Shown here: piece after piece, positions 61,769 to 64,000 of the stretch
How the letters are laid out: every line of letters begins with the position of its first letter
How positions within the stretch are numbered: the stretch's first letter is position 1
DNA from: Dimorphilus gyrociliatus
Lineage: Eukaryota; Animalia; Annelida
Length of the DNA: 64,000 bases
Direction: 5' to 3'
NCBI GenBank assembly: GCA_904063045.1
Contig: CAJFCJ010000002.1
Location: 2,289,891 to 2,353,890, forward strand
Notes under the pieces: generated by a model
The model's input: only the letters and a program-made list of their open reading frames with translations
Database searches by the model: none
What the model was told of the DNA's origin: nothing
Translations under genes and position numbers: made by a program

Positions 61769-64000
61769 ATGGCAGATAATTCTCAATCAAATCCTTTAAC
61801 TACACGAAATTTTTCAAAGGTAATCATATCCTTGGAAAATATATTACTACCGAAAGAGAAATTATCACCAACGCCGTCTGAATTGGACGGGCTAGAGCCT
61901 GATATTGAAATTCAATTAAGAGTTTTAGGATGTGAACTAATACAAACTTCTGGAATTCTTTTGAAATTACCGCAAGTATGTAAAAATATACCTTAATATA
62001 TAGTGTTTAAGATGTCAATTTTTAATCTTTGATTATTATTCAGGTGGCAATGGCTACTGGGCAAATCCTTTTTCAAAGGTTCTATTATTCCAAATCATTC
62101 GTTCGACATAACTTCGAGGTATTTGTGTACATTTTTATATAATACCCGCATTATGTTTAAAAAATATACAAATTTTTTCAGGTAGTAGCCATGGCTTGTA
62201 TTAATTTAGCTTCTAAAATAGAAGAAGAACCCCGTCGAATAAGAGACGTAATTAATGTTTTTCATCATATAAAGCAGGTTAAAGAGGGAAAGTGAGTTGA
62301 AGAAGCCTTGATTTTTCGTTCTGTAACTAATACAAAGTTTTTACTTTACTAGATCGATCGAACCGATGATTCTTGATCAAACATATGTCAATTTGAAAAC
62401 CCAAGTTATTAAGGCGGAGAGACGAGTATTAAAAGAATTAGGCTTTTGCGTTCATGTCCAGCATCCACATAAGGTGAGCTTTGATTCTTCTAAGGGATTC
62501 TAAAAGAAATTGTATTAAAATATTTACTTATCGTATATCGACAATTTTATGCAGCCATCCCAGACTTGAAAGATCAGTAGAAAAAGCGAAGCATCTTTCA
62601 ATCAGTTTTTTTTGCCTATTTTCCGCCCACAGTAAAATTCTTATATTGAAAAATCATAACCTTAGCTGAAATTTTCCAGATTATAGTGGTATATCTTCGA
62701 GCTCTTCGACAACAAGAAAATAATTCATTAGTACAATCTGCTTGGTAAGTTTCTATTCTAAATATTATGAGACCCTGTCCATCGTTACTCGTTGCCTAGT
62801 TTAAAGCTGCTTCCAATCTTTCGAAATCAGCTAACAAAAAAAAAACGAAAAGGAAATTGTAATTTCAATATGGTCTTCGCATAACAAAAAAATACATAGA
62901 TATATATTTATATATTTATATATATATAATTATGTTCGTAAAAGACATTAGATTAGTATATTTATATTTGGTCGAAAATGGAAGTAGCATGTTAAAAAGT
63001 ATTTAAAAAAAAAAGTTAAAATTTGATTGTTCAATGTTGACTTTATGGCTTTTACCTAACCAGTTAAACAAGAAAAGTTGTGGCGAAATTGAGCGATTCT
63101 CCCCAATCATGATTTGGTGCCACATCAAGATTTTCGACATCTTTTCTGGTGTATCAGGTGGTCCTGTACGCCTAGCACAGATTCATTTCTTTCTAATAAT
63201 ATTACAGTAATCTATTTTGTCTTATAGCTATTCCTACAAAAACTATTATTCAAAATCGTAATTTTTAAAGATAAGGATTTACGGTAAAGTATAATCATTT
63301 GCTTGAATGTTGCCGTTCAAAACATTTGAATGACAGTTTTTTTTGTAAAACATGTGATAGATGTTTTACCTTAGCAACGCTTTTTAAAGATCTACGTATT
63401 CAATAATTAAAACATGCTTAGAGCAACCTCAAGAGGAGTGCTAAAGCTCTCAAACTTCTCTTCTCCGACTCAGATGATGTCAGGTAAAGACAGATATCTT
63501 TCTATTATTTAATTGCCTATTCCTAGATAAGACGGACGAGACTTGAAAATATTTTTTTTAATTTAAAAAAGTTTTTATTATTTTCCTTCAGCTGGAAAGA
63601 CATTGTATATTTTCTAATATAAAATAGATATAGTAAATCTTTAGATGGCGATGCAAAGGTTGAATATCTCTTTTCTATGATGTGAAAATTCTGCTTGTGA
63701 ATAACCCAATACAGGGTCTCTTAACGCATTATAATTACTTGGCAGAAGAATATGTTTTTGCACGTAAATTATTTACCCACAGGAATTATATGAACGACAG
63801 TTTGAGGACGAATTTATGGCTTCGATATAAGCCAGAAAGTATAAGCTGCGCCTGTATATTTCTGGCTAGTCGAAATATGCAGGTTCCCCTCCCCAACTCT
63901 CCGCCATGGTACCGAGTTTTTGGAGCAACAGACGCTGAAGTAGAAGATATCGCACTGACAATACTTAATCTATACGAATTGAAACGCATGACGGCTGATT
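61769..64000 (+). CDS. CCNL1: Cyclin L (5' part; runs off the window end)
   Basis: Exons 61769-61975, 62044-62118, 62182-62291, 62353-62473, 62680-62744, 63783->64000. [90 protein letters not shown]. Confidence 0.97.

Noticed and set aside
1-64000. tRNA, snRNA, rRNA genes, U12 introns, CRISPR arrays, transposase ORFs
   Set aside because: No T-loop GTTCRA cloverleaf, snRNA signature, RTATCCTT donor, regular repeat-spacer array or transposase motif seen by eye; a tRNAscan/Infernal run would be decisive.

Overview
AT-rich (roughly 70% AT by eye) eukaryotic DNA from a compact-genome bilaterian invertebrate. Most introns are 55-70 nt GT-AG. Short introns plus dense CTCF-type motifs resemble what is described for miniature dinophilid annelids such as Dimorphilus, but the organism is inference only. 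I can assemble about 13 recognisable spliced genes. In order: ZCCHC4 (-), a claudin/PMP22-like protein (+), a galactose-3-O-sulfotransferase (-), ARHGAP19-like RhoGAP (+), CLIP3/4-like ankyrin + 3x CAP-Gly (+), a BNIP2/PRUNE2/caytaxin-type BCH gene (+) with a tesmin/LIN54-type CXC gene nested antisense in its intron, an RDL-like GABA-gated chloride channel (+), vitellogenin (+), a divergent orphan GPCR (-), ANKRD66-like (+) overlapping tail-to-tail with EXTL2-like GT64 (-), and the 5' part of cyclin L (+). A 92-aa orphan ORF with a CCC motif lies at 30.5-30.8 kb. The first ~9.3 kb has no gene I can identify. I found no tRNA, rRNA, CRISPR array or intact transposon. The strongest signal the gene models do not explain is a set of about 13 CTCF-type motifs (core AGATGGCG/AGGGGGCG) at gene boundaries and in introns, including a convergent pair around the nested CXC gene. 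Other notable points are the overlapping stop codons of ANKRD66/EXTL2, the long stop-laden cyclin L intron, and homotypic motif clusters (GGGTCA, E2F, GATA, TAGGCCT). All counts and exon boundaries were read by eye; no database searches were run.
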